NCBI RefSeq assembly: GCF_021869535.1
Contig: NW_026262668.1
Coordinates: 30,938,001-31,002,000, forward strand
Length of the DNA: 64,000 bases
From: Mytilus californianus
Lineage: Eukaryota
Direction: 5' to 3'
Positions 24,870 to 37,963 of the stretch are shown piece by piece (within the stretch, counting starts at the first letter, position 1; each line of letters starts with the position of its first letter). The position numbers were made by a program, and so were the translations under genes. The notes under the pieces were generated by a model. That model was not told the origin of the DNA and searched no databases. It was given only the letters and a program-made list of their open reading frames with translations.

Positions 24870-27800
24870 TTAATTTGCTTCTCCTACAGTCGGTCGATGT
24901 CGAGCACTTCTTTGATGAGCACGGAGTCCAGCTAGTTGTGAGTAGGAACTATTACAGCATGAACATCTATATGGTTTCTCTCCTAAATCAGGAAAAAAAA
25001 CAAAACTTCATAGTAAAAACTAAAAGGGAGATAATTATTCATAGCTATTGTGATGTAAAAGAATATAAAACAAATATATATTGTAAATAGGATGTCGTTA
25101 TAACGAGATAGGTGTGTCGTTATTACGACATATGTTTTGTTTCATGTGACCCTAACTGGCTTCCGTACAAAAGCAACGAAACTGGAATATTAATGTAAAA
25201 TTATCAATTTCCATATTTACTATCCCTCGCGATTTTTCTTTCTTTTAAAGAGTGAAAGATGAAAATATACTGCAAGGATATACTATAATTTCAGTTTTGC
25301 ATGAACAAATATTACACATCTTCTTTCCGGGACATTAATAAAATGTGTCATTCAAAATCCTCTTGAATGACACATGGCAGCGGGTGCATTTTACAAATTT
25401 CCCATTAACTCTTGCTTCTTTAATATACTTAACAACAGAAATAACGCACCACATATTACCATATATAGTAGTTTCACAATTTCTTGTTTTTGCTACAAAT
25501 TTGAAGAAATCTACTATATTTGAAGCATAACCTTGAAATTAATGCAGAGTTTACAGAGAAATTTGCGTATTGCTATGTGTTTCTTTATACATTTATACAT
25601 CTACATTAGCTAGAGGTATAGGGGGAGGGTTAAGATCTCAAAAACATGTTTAACCCCGCCGCATTTTTGCGCCTGTCCCAAGTCAGGAGCCTCTTGCCTT
25701 TGTTAGTCTTGTATGTTTTTTTAATTTTAGTTCATTTATATGTTTTGGAGTTTAGTGTGACGTCCATTTTCACTGAACTAGTACGCAATTTTATTTAGGG
25801 GCCAGCTGAGGACATCCTCCGGGTGCGGGATTTTCTCGCTGCGTTGAAGACCCATTGGTGGCCTTCGGCTGTTGTCTGCTCTTTGGTCGGGTTGTTGTCT
25901 CTTTGACATATTCCCCATTTCCATTCTCAATTTTATTTAGTGGCGACAATTGAAATTTTTAAAATCAAAGTTAAAATTCGCAAGTCTGTGATAAGTCAAT
26001 TTCAAATTGGTCATTAGATAAGAATTCGATTAAGAAACTGTTAATCAAAGTAATTTTCGTTGTTTGCAGGTGAAAAGATACACACGACTTTAGTTTTCAC
26101 AAAGTTTGCAACATTTTTTTGTGTGTTAAAGATTTGTTTTTCTGAGATGTCACAGAATTTGGAGTTTATGACTTCAGAAACTTCGTATCAAAAATTTTTA
26201 CGCACTTCAATTATATTTTTACAAGTTGCATGCAATCGAAATTAATGGAGGTGGTGCGTTTTGTTTGCTGTTAAGTATAATGCAAATGCTACATTAACAT
26301 ATTGTCGGAATACTTACCCGTGTGTAATCTCACGTGATTTCTTAGTGTTGATGATTGGCTGAACTTTCTACTACAATATTTACAGGCAAATGGTTTTTCT
26401 AAGGTGTGAATGCGCATGTGTGATCTTAAATTACTCCTTGAGTTGAAGCCCCGCCGACATAGTACACATTTAAGTTTACTAATAACTTCTTTACTATTTG
26501 TCATTATAGGTATCTGACTGTTTTCTGAAAGTATAAAAGTTTGCAGTTTTAGGTCTGATTCATATTCGGTTTACATGGTTTGTACAATAAGTATAAAACT
26601 CAAATCATTGACAATGTTAAAGAATATACATTTCTTGGGTCTGTTCTTAGTAGAAATGGTAATCTTAATTCTAGCATTAATGATCTAGCAAAGAAAGCTA
26701 GGAAGATTATATTTGCTTTATATTCCGCCGATTTTCAGCTATTGGTAATCATTGTGCCAATCAAAGTGGCATTTAGTTTATTTGATTCATTGGTCAGACC
26801 TATATTAACTTATAACGTTGAAATATGCACGATGGACTCATACCTACCATTCATAAGAGCAAAAGCTCGTGCAAACTATAGTAACAAAATTGTTGATCCA
26901 TTTTGTTTTATAGATCGATCACCTTTTGAAAAGGTTCATTTATCATTCTGTTTTGTAAATACATATTGGGTGTTAGAAAATGCTCAACAAATTTGGCAAC
27001 TCGTCTTGAAGTTTGAAGGAATTACCAATAGAAAACTATATTAGAGTCCAGTCTTTATTATATTTGGCTAGGCTACATACTAAAGAGATTAATCCCCTAT
27101 TAAAGGAATCATTTGAAATCTGTAAGATTTTAGATGCACAAAATGTATATTCCTGGTATACATATGTCAAAGATATTATCCCTAAAGAGACAGATGATCC
27201 CAAAAAGTTGGCTTCATGCAAAACTATAAAGGAAGTACAATCTCTAAAATATGTTATCAAAGTAGGAATTTCTAATCAATATAAAAACCTCTATAAAACT
27301 AATATTGAAAACCTATGTGAACAAAATAAACTTTTTACCTACAAAGATCTAAAAATAGATACTGAGACAGAATTTTACTTGTCACATTCAAACTTTGAAA
27401 TTCGTCAACTTATTACTAAATTTAGAATACGTGATCATAATCTGGAGCTTGAATTGGGAAGATATAAAAAAGTACCACGAAATCTTAGATTATCATTGTA
27501 ATTTTTGCTCTATTAAAGATATAGATGATGAATTTCATTTCTTCTTTTATTGCGAAATAAATAAAAATTTAAGAAACAATTACTTCTCTGAAATTGTTCT
27601 CAAAATATTGACTTTATGAGATGCACTAAAAAAAAACCCACAATATTTACTCAATCCAACACATTTTCAACGTACAAAGTCTAGGTTCCTTTTTAAAACA
27701 GTCAATGGAACTGATGACAAGGGACTCTTGATTAATTGATGGTTACAAGATTTGTTGTAATTTGTATTTTGTTTTGTCACTTTCTTATAGGCTTTACGAT

Positions 27801-30800
27801 AATTGATATATATATATATGAGTGATATGAGTGTGTGTGATTTTTTTTGGTCACAAACATGTTTAATTTGTTTATATGACAATAAAAATTATATTATTAG
27901 ATTAACCGTATCCTACTTTATATCTATTCTGATGCAGAAACTTAAGATGAATAAGACACAAGGACATCGCTGGGTTACATAAGTACTTACACTTAAAAAT
28001 GTATCCCATTCGGAAGTAAAATCTACACTAAAAAGAAGTGTCCCTTTGGATGTGGGATATATTAATACGCAGTCACGTCCAGTTAGCAGAAACTATAGAA
28101 TGATATGGATCCTCGTGCAAATGCCTTTAAGGGGTCCATTGATAGGCTGCTGTAAGGCAAGACGTTTTCCGAAGAAACTGTTAAGTTAATAGCAGATATT
28201 TATCTCGCATGTGTGACCTAATCAAAAACTTTAACACATGTCGCCACCGACGACGTCGAATCTTAAAACACCACGTCGAATTCGACTTTCGTTGCATGTG
28301 AAACAAAAACTTGTCTAGTTTAGTTCTGCCACTTGATCATGTGCCTCTCTGAATTCAACGCCAGGGACTTTGCCAGCTATTGACTTTTGTTCTTAGTGGG
28401 TTTTTATTAAATATTATTTTGAAAATTTTGTGTTGATGGCAGACCTTTGATAGTCTCTGTTTCACAACTTATTTAGACTCGGGAAGATTTAGAGTTTGGC
28501 ATACTGTACAGACACGTTGCTTGTTGAACTCGGCATGTTGACTTTTATAATAAATATCTTTTCGTTATTTGTGTCATTTGTGTTGCATCATTGATACCCC
28601 CAACATATCCTATTATACAACTTAAAAAAGAGTTTCGGATTAAAAAAAAGTGACCAGAAAAACCAACGAATGAACGGAATATTTTACACAACAATCACAA
28701 TACTTCAAATCCCGCTTTTTCGCTAAGCTAAATTTTAAGATAATACCTGGTATGACTTTACGTTCAGTCTTGTTTTGAAGTGGTAAACCCATGAACAAAC
28801 AATGTGACATTCCATACCAAACCAATAATTCTTGACCACATAAAATATCCTAAAAACAAAATATATTGTAGTAAAATATCTATATATTGTGAAACTAACA
28901 AAAATATAGTATTAAGAAATAATTCTACAGAATAATGTTGACGTTTTCACTGAAATAAAGTATTTGGTATGTTGGCCTCCACCCTTTTTAACAATGCATT
29001 TGCAATGGTTTTATTATATTTTGTTTTGTACATGCTTAATCCAGTCTCGTTTAAAACAACTTCTGGTTGTTACACTGCGATAAACCACAATGTCCATCTC
29101 CTGTAGGAATGATGCCGTCTGCATGGTTAACGACATTTACGCTTGACTATTTAACGTATTTTTGTCGGTATAGCAGTCGTAATGTTAACCCGAATAACTC
29201 AGTCTTTATATTCCGCTGCTCTACGATGGCTACAAGAAGGAAAGACTGATCATGGAGAGGGACTGCATTATTCGGGTTATCGTAATGTATATAAAGTTAT
29301 ATTCATCTTTTGTTGTTTTCATTGTATTAACTAGATTAAACCATGTTGATATAATCACCTTTGATGCTTTAAAAAACAAATTGGCTCCGATTTGTGTCAC
29401 TTCTAAGTTCTGTTCTCGTTCAGATCTCGCACATTGTATCAGTGAGAGCCAGCTAGCGGGATTATAATGTCCACCATCAATAAAGTGTAGTAAATGGCCC
29501 GTTGTATCAAATACCTGAAAGACGTCGCTATAATGTTTTTATCATAAACCTTGCGAATGTTTTTAGACATGCTTAACAACACACCAAATTATTACAACAA
29601 GCCATGCTGTTCCCTTAAAAAAAATCTTCTAGTAATGAATAAGGCATTCACTTGATTGAGAATTGGTAAGGTGCCGTAGTCTATAAAATATACTTCATGT
29701 CTATGTCTCAACTTAATTACTAACGACATGTTTTCGCGGTCTTAGATTTTTAGATACCCTTACATGTAATCTGTCGACGCACCCAGTCTCGCTCTTTCTT
29801 GTGTTTATAATAATTCCCTCAGTTTTTGTTTGTTTCCTTGATTTAATTTTGTGGTTTTTAACATGGTTAACTGCTGTTGCCTTAATTTTTGGCCTGAAAT
29901 TTTGAAACGCGGTAGTAATGTTTATATATCAATTATTTTATTATTGAATGTATTTATTAAAAAGTTATAAATAAAAGAAATAATAAACAAATATTCATTG
30001 TTTGTACTATGACATTTTGTTTCTGGTGGAGAGTTGTCTCATTGGCAATTTTACCACATCTTCTTGTTTTTATATGAAAAAGTACTTCTGAACTTTCGAT
30101 GTAAATGTTTCTTTTCATCTTTTTTTTCTCTCAGTTTTTTTACTTTTTATTTTAAATTTGACCCCAAGGGTTGATTTTAGGTATAGAAACATGGTCATGT
30201 CTTGACTTCTTCCACCTGGTAGTAAAGCACTTGCTGAAGTGGTTCGTCCGTTAGTCTGTGCTGCATGTAGAAATATGCAGCCACTTCAGGTCGTTTAGGT
30301 ATATGACCAGTTGCAAGTTAAACTTTATGCCCCGATCCAACATACCCACATTTCCAGTAACATTTCAAAATTTTCACCGTTCATACCTTTTAGACCCTAC
30401 CTATAATATCATTTAATTTGTTCTGTCTTGAATATGCGTGAACTGTTTAAGCCAGCAACAATCAATGTATCTCAAATCTTATATAAAAGTTATTTTACCT
30501 CCCATAAACTAGGATTATGACTAACATTCTGTATATCACATGGTCTCTTCACGTGTCCAACAAATGGTCCCATTTCTGTTCCAGTTCGTATGACAGTCCT
30601 TGCAAAGACACCGTATTTACATCCGGGAAGTGCCGATAATCCAATTTTAACTTGATGAGGAAGAGGCAAGGAGGGAAAGTCTAAAACAACATAAGAATGA
30701 AAGTAATTGACATAAAATGAAGTCGCAGATTAATTATCTAAAGACAGAAGCCAATAATTTCGTGGTTGCCGTTGGTCGCTATATATTACATTTGTTTTTT

Positions 30801-33449
30801 ATTTATTATTTTTTACATAAATTCGGTCGTTGGTTTTCTTGTTTAAATTGCATGTTTTACAAATGTTATATCGGATCCCTTTTAGCTTACAATACGGTAT
30901 GGATTCTGCTCATGGTTAAAGGCCGTACTGTGATAAATAGTTGCTTACATCTACGTCATTTACAATCCATATATAATAGAAGAAGGTGGCTAACGTCTCC
31001 GCTTCGGTAGCTTTTGGTACCAGTTAGTCTCTGGTGGATTGTTGTTTCATTGGGAATGGAAATCATACAACGTCTTCTTATTTCTATATACATGCATTAT
31101 TATATGCAGTACAGGCGGAAACCCAGTTGAAATTAAACAAAAGAAACGAAACTCTTTATTAGAGAAGGTATAAAAGGCCAAGTTGGTAAATTTGTATTGT
31201 TTCCATCTGTTTCTATGGGCTTTAAAAGCTTAATGGAAGTGAATAATTTAAGATTTTATGCATCTTATATATGTGTTTTTACTTAAATTATGGTACGGAG
31301 CTTCGAGATGTTTGTAAACTTTTAAATTATAGACACATTTTCACAAAGCAGTAGATTGTGCATGGTAGGTGCAAATACATGATCTTTTGTGTGCATAAGC
31401 ATAAATTCCGCCGAAAAAAAAATCAAAAGAAAGATAATAGATTGATCCTTTTAAAGCATTAATTTGCATCTCTGCGACATTTTGAAAATCCCAATCCCAA
31501 AAATGGGCAATAATTTCATCGCAAAGAGAAAGTCGAGTACACCTCTTTATGTTCAGGCGTGTTTGAGTTGACTATTCTGTCTTGAAAACGTATAAAAGAA
31601 AAATATTTGATACATAATCTCGCTTCAGATTCTATTATTTTTGTATATTTAGGCTATAGGTTGATTTAATAAGTTTACATGAAAAAATTACAGTTCTAAA
31701 TAATGAAATATATGGGTCAAGTGAAATACCTTTCTGATGAGTCATAACAAGAGAGTAGGTGTGTTCGGATAACAAATCTTTACTAAAAGTACTTGACGAC
31801 AGACTTTATAAGTGGATCTTAAAAATGCATAACTTCGAACAAACTTAATTGTGTGTGTGTGTTATCTAGGGTAATTAGTCTTCAACCTCTGAAAATTTTT
31901 AGTCTGTCCTTTCTCGAAATATTTAATTAGAATGTTTTAAAATATTTTTGAACTTTCAAAAATTCCACTTGACAACCGATCAAACAATAGTTTTAAGTTG
32001 ATCAAATGCATAGAAGTACATTAAATGATTCTCAATAGCTAGTAGATACATTTGTCTTTTAAAGTACAACTGGCATATAAGGATCGTAATGATGCTATGT
32101 GGATAAATTGGTCGGTTATCAAGAGTAAAATTTACAGAATGGCTTCCATTTTTACGATTATAGTAATTAGGTGGCGTAATTGGGAGATAATTTCGACGAA
32201 GTAGAATCCTGACTGAGTATAATTGTTTTGCTATAAAGTAAGCCTTAGTTCTCTTGTTTGAATTGTTTTTCATGTCGGGGCCTTTTATAGCATACTATAC
32301 GGTATGGTTTTTTTCTCATCTGTTGAAAGTCTTACAGTGGCCTATAATTACTTATATCCACTTCATTTGAACTCAGTACTAATATACTGTGCGTTCTATT
32401 AGAATTACAGTCAAATCCTTTCAAAAATATGTTGATTTAGTCCTTTTAAGTAGATGTATATATATCAAGAGAACGAGCAGTACATTGCGTTGCTTCTCTC
32501 AAGCAAATAATTCAACAATATAAAAGCTAAACGAATAAACTACTTATGATCCTACATCCATTCGATAATGCTTAATTATATTTTGCCATTACACAGGTCA
32601 CGCTTTTTTCAGAGTATTTATGACGTCTTTACACTTAATCTGTCGGATGTGTACTGATTGATACTTAAGTCTGGGAGAACATGATTTATTTATTAGTTAT
32701 GATTGTTGTTGAACTAGTAACTTCGAGAACTTTTATATCGATGCGTTAGTCATTTATAGCTGACTATACGATAGGGGTTTGGCTCATTGTTGAAGGTCGT
32801 ACGGTAACCTATAATTGCTTACATCTACCTCATTTGGACTCTGGTGGATAGTTGTCTCATTAGCAGTCATATCACATCTCCTTTTTTTATAGATAAATAT
32901 CTAAAAGTGGAATAAATTTCATCTAATATTTTATCAACTTGAATATAGGTTTACAAAAACACATTTCTGCACATAAGTGTCAAATTGAAATATTTATAGT
33001 TACATTGCATGTTCATTATTCCTGTGAGAAAAGATATGGGATAAAATGTGGAACGACAACAGCGAACATATAAAAGAAAACCATACTTCCATAGAAACAA
33101 AAAAATTCTAAAGCATGAAACAAATATGAAGTAACATATAAATTATTAAAATTGATAAAATGAAGATATCAAATAAATATGACGCATACTCATGATCACG
33201 TCTCTGGTTTCTTTTGGATTTTTTATTAATAAAAAAATATTTCTGAAACATTTCACATTTTAAGCTATCCAAATAAAGTCCAATATTCTTACCATCAATA
33301 GACACTTTATCCTTAATTAAATTTCCATATAAACATAGTTTTAGAATTTCGTCAGTTATTTCAAATTTGTCCATCTCGGCTTTCGTGATTGCCTGTCTGC
33401 GTGAAACTTTTCTCGATCCAGATTTATTTATTTGAAGTTGTTTTTCCAT
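24870..33449 (-). CDS. PRDM12: PR/SET domain zinc finger protein 12 orthologue, 305 aa, 6 exons
   Basis: Exons 33293-33449 (MEKQ...[12 protein letters not shown]), 30499-30680 (...[19 protein letters not shown]...LWE), 29359-29514 (VFDTTG...[19 protein letters not shown]), 28747-28849 ([13 protein letters not shown]), 26318-26524 ([50 protein letters not shown]), 24870-24982 ([29 protein letters not shown]). All junctions are GT-AG and in phase; 918 nt in total. The zinc-finger sequences closely match vertebrate PRDM12 as recalled. Confidence 0.96.
25585..25935 (+). mobile_element. Unclassified ~350-bp interspersed repeat (core CCTGTCCCAAGTCAGGAGCCT)
   Basis: Second near-full copy at about 56045-56385; core or terminal pieces at about 23880, 37315, 49245-49560, 54055 and 54870-54952. 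Confidence 0.7.
26575..27620 (+). mobile_element. 5'-truncated, frameshifted non-LTR retrotransposon (CR1/L2-group) ORF2 C-terminus, antisense in PRDM12 intron 4
   Basis: Fragments [44 protein letters not shown]...[10 protein letters not shown] (C-terminal Cys/His knuckle) spread over shifted frames. Confidence 0.85.
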
Positions 33450-33516
33450 TTATTGAAAAGCATAATTTATGTTAATTTCGTTCATATCTTGTCATCTAGC
33501 TGTAAATCTTGTAAAA

Positions 33517-33621
33517 CACGTGCTTCGTTTTCTTTAGAAGAAATAAACAATTTATTGAACACATTATGCACGTGTCACTGTGGTAGGACGATATTATGGG
33601 CACGTGACTATTTGTGGGCGG
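33517..33621. promoter_or_regulatory. Putative PRDM12 proximal promoter: three CACGTG E-boxes and a GC box
   Basis: CACGTG at 33517, 33569 and 33601; GGGCGG at 33616; 70-170 bp upstream of the ATG in otherwise AT-rich sequence. Confidence 0.45.
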
Positions 33622-34335
33622 TGCTTTGTTTTAAGGGATATTCGATGCAAAATGCGGGTACCCGATTTTTACAGGTATTATTATTTTTTGAAAAATGTAT
33701 TTTCTTCCGAACATTTTAATTAAAGTCATTTATTTTGATTTAAAAAAAAACTGATTTCAGCGAGTTGTTTTTATGCTTTATCAGTCTTTTAATGTTTTAT
33801 TAATAGCACCTGCAGAAAAAAAACATGTACCCTTACACAGTTTTTTTTTTTTCTTATTTAGCAAAAAAATATGCTCTTGAATTCGACACCTGCAGCATGG
33901 TCAAAGAAGCAGAAAGAACATAACAGAAAGTCAGAGTTTTGAGCGATGGAATCTTCAAAGACTGAAGAAACCAAGTAATTCAAAACCTATATGAAGTACT
34001 CGTGATTTTAAAAGATTAATATACAATCATGTTTTGAAATTAAATTCAATTGTATTTAGAAGGAAAATAATATCAAAACTCAGCTGTAAAATATTAAACG
34101 TTGTATGAATAAAATAAGTATAAAGTATATGACGCTTTTTCCTGTTTTTGAATATTCATGTTTCACTTGAGAACTTTTCTTATGGAGAACTGTCAAAAAC
34201 ACTATTTAAAACTATCTACCGTTCATTCTATTTGTTCAGTTTTTTGAAATAATGCAAACATGTTCAAAACAATTATTGAAATCGATAGAAGAATACTGTA
34301 TATAGATTAAAAAATCCTTGTTAACTATTTTTATT

Positions 34336-34336
<1 letters not shown>

Positions 34337-34410
<74 letters not shown>

Positions 34411-34412
34411 TT
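34337..34412. repeat. (ATTT)n microsatellite
   Basis: About 19 uninterrupted ATTT units. Confidence 0.95.
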
Positions 34413-34582
34413 CAAAATAAGTGGTTCATAACATGAAGCAAGTACGGAAAAAAGTTGCAAGTACAGTTGAATAATTAATACGACTAACTTCAGTATTCAT
34501 TTTCCAATGAAAAAAACTCATTAGGACGAGTTGAAATTTTCAAAATAAATCCAAACAACGTTATCTTTTCCTTCCATCATCC

Positions 34583-35167
34583 TTTTTAGCTCACCTGACC
34601 CAAAGAGCCAAATGAGCTTTTCTCATCACTTGGCGTCTATCGTTGTCCGTCGTCTGTTAACTTTTACAAAAATATTCTTCTCTGAAACTTCTGGGCCAAA
34701 TTTAACCAAACTTGGCCACAATCATCATTGGGGTATTTAGTTTTAAAAATGTGTCCAATGTCCACGCCTGCCAACCAAGATGGCCGACATGGCTGGGGTA
34801 AAATGCAAGTTTTGTCTATTATTTTGAAAACCGTTATAAATAGAGAAAATCTGAAATGTTCAGAATGTTGAGCTCTACCAAATGTATATATACGTCAAAA
34901 CTGTCAGATGACTTCTTATAGGAGTTATTGCCCTTTAATGTCAAATTTTACCATTTTTTTTTTAACTTTTTGCCTATTATCTTGAAAACTATAATAGATA
35001 AAGAGAAACTTTAAATTGCAAAAAATGATCAGCAAGACAAGTTCTACTTTGGCCCAGTAGTTTCAGAGGAGAAATTTTTGTAAAATATTACAGACAACGA
35101 CGACGGACGACGGACGCCAAGTGATGAGAAAAGCTCACTTGGTCCTTTGGGCCAGGTGAGCTAAAAA
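34583..35167. mobile_element. Element with ~120-bp imperfect inverted termini (TTTTTAGCTCACCTG... family)
   Basis: TTTTTAGCTCACCTGACCCAAAGAGCCAAATGAGCTTTTCTCATCACTTGGCGTC mirrored at 35113-35167; similarity continues inward. Confidence 0.7.
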
Positions 35168-37638
35168 TGTGCACACATAAAAATTAGATAGAGAATGATG
35201 GGTGTTTAAATATAAAGAATAGAGAAAATGGGCAAACAAATAAAGATTAGAGAAAAATACTAGTAGGTTAAATTTTTTGAAGAATACAAAAATGTTATGA
35301 TCTGCAATCAACACCAATGTTCCGAAATAAAGATTTATTGACCATTAAACTTTTTAATGATAATTAAGGACGATAACTCTTGATCGGTAAATGCAAAGGG
35401 AACTTGGTAGACTTATATTTTATGTTTCTTTATGTAAGTAATAAAATATAAATAAAATAGATAGATTGGAGAATGAAATATTAAATGATTATGATTTTTA
35501 TATATTGGTCAGTTTTATATTACGGTTTAAGCTTCAAACAGAGTTTCCATGTTATTTCTTTTTCATATTTGTCTAAATTATTCCAGGCCAAAATTTCAAA
35601 AAAAGTAAAACCAATCTCTTTATACTTTCATCTTTATCTAAGGTTATCAAAATAGATTTTTACCACAGTTAAGAATATTATGCACAGAGAAAACCTAAAC
35701 AGATTTAATGATCAAAAGACCAGTTTTAAAATTCAATTAACTGTTTTTTGATAAAAATCGCTATCTTGACTAGTGTAATTGCATCCCATTAACTTTTTAT
35801 AAAGTTTTGTCAACATGAACCGACAAGGTGAATTTTATATTCATTGTAAAAATTCAAATTCATGTAAAAATAAGATTAAAGGTAATGTGACCAGTCGTTA
35901 TAGATCAATGATCGCGGCACGTGACAACCCTTTCAATCAAAGTCTCATCTCTTTCTCCCAATTTAACACTTTAACATGGTTCAAAACAGAACACTGTTAT
36001 TTTTTATTCATTGGGTTTTAACAATAGTGGAGACATATGGCCGAGTGTGACGCCCGCATTCTGATATTGTGTCATCTCCGTTGCAGCCTAAGGCCAGCCA
36101 ATACAATTTAAACATCCTTATATAAAAAGAAAACATAATTCAAAGGCGAGGAAAATCTGGTTAAAATTATTACAAATAACAAATAATTGGTGATGACTGT
36201 CTCAATAACTATTATGATTATAAAGAACCATTGATCGAACTGTGATAAGTACCCGCATCGTTCTTAGCCGGAAAAAGCGGCCCGCATTTGTATCCGATAC
36301 TATATGTCTCCAAGGATTATAACTTTGTTTTTTCTTATTTAAATTAATATTCATTCTGCAAATAACAAAAGAAAAACAGAAGGCATTTGGTTTAATTATA
36401 TTAAATTAATTCACAATTAATACAACTTTTTTGTTTTATATTGGTTACAAGGGATGTTTTAACAGATGTAATGATCAAATAACGTATTGATGTGTGCAGA
36501 AATTGAAAATAAAATTTTAACAATTTTATATAAGAGTTGAATATTTCTGCAAATACATTTATTTTAAAGAATGAATAAGGATAACACTGTTCTGGCCAAT
36601 GAAATTAAAGACATATATTTCAATGCCGGAATGTATGTACTAATTTTGTATTATACATAGAGTTTACAAATGTCATTATTTATGGTGAATACAAAATACT
36701 GGTGCGTTTTCCATATTGATAATCCTGATGTTTATATGCACTTTATAATTAACGATTCCTTCAGACAGAGACATATAATAATAAATTTATATATCTCTGC
36801 TTCAGATAATCTAAAGTAGTCATTATTGGAAAATAGTGCAAGGTATATTTCTTCATATTTTATAAAATATTATATCCAGGGCGAAATTTAACAGTGAGAC
36901 AGCAGTTGATTAATATGTATATATGTTCGTTTGAAGAACTGGTTTTAGTTATAAATACGGTAAACCAATTAATTTTTATGAGTGAATTATTTGCAACTTT
37001 CACGAGGGGAAAAATAACGCCATGTAAATTGTTACGAATACGTGGAAAGTAAGAATAGCAGGACATCATACATAACCTATAGTTATTGTAAAATCGTCTT
37101 TGAAAAGAACAAAAGCACATTAAACGAGTGAAAATATGTTAAAATGTTAAAGAATATCTACTAAAAAAAACCACACAAATACAAATACAAAAACGGATGT
37201 GTTTTGGCTCGGAAAACATATAATTATAAAAACTATGGATTTGTATCTATTTGAAAATATGCCTAAATTGAATAAATGCCATAACTGATCGCTCACAAAC
37301 ACGTGCCTGTCCCTAGTAAGGATCATGTAATTCAGTGGTTGTCGTTGGTTGATGTTTGTCATACTTGTTTTTCTTTTATTGTCATTAGCATAAATCAGGC
37401 ATACTTTACAATGTACGGTATGTGTTTTGTTCATTGTTAAAGGTCGTATGGTGACCTATATAGTTGTTGACAACATCGTACTTTGGTGACTGGTGGATAG
37501 TTGATTCATTATTAACCATACTTCATCTCCTTATTTTCATATTAACAACCGCTTAATTAATATACTTGTTCCTGGGTTGAAATCTCTGACAAAAATATTA
37601 TTTAGAAATTATTTATATTGCCGTTTAAAACTTCAACA

Positions 37639-37849
37639 TACTGTAAATTCAGAAATTATTGCAAGTTTTTTTTTATTGATGCGAATAATGCGACTGGGTG
37701 ACTATTGCAATAATAACTTGCATTCTGATGTCTGTTACATATATCTGTATGCAGATTTTCATGATATTGCAATAATTATTCTCACATTTTTGTCCATTCT
37801 TGAAAAATCGCAATAATAAATGCACACAATAATTTCTGAATTGACAGTA
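37639..37849. mobile_element. MITE with TA flanks
   Basis: TACTGTAAATTCAGAAATTATTG ... CAATAATTTCTGAATTGACAGTA; a truncated 3' end of the same family lies at about 1705-1748. Confidence 0.8.
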
Positions 37850-37963
37850 AATAATAATGGTAACATTAATAACAAAAATATTTAATTTTTATTTAAAAAA
37901 ATAAACAATATGAAAAATTTAATAAATGAACAATTTATATGCATTAAAGAAACATCTCAAATA

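Noticed and set aside
30180-30400. GC-richer coding-looking stretch in PRDM12 intron 2
   Set aside because: No PR-domain similarity and no compatible splice sites; the flanking exons join in phase without it.
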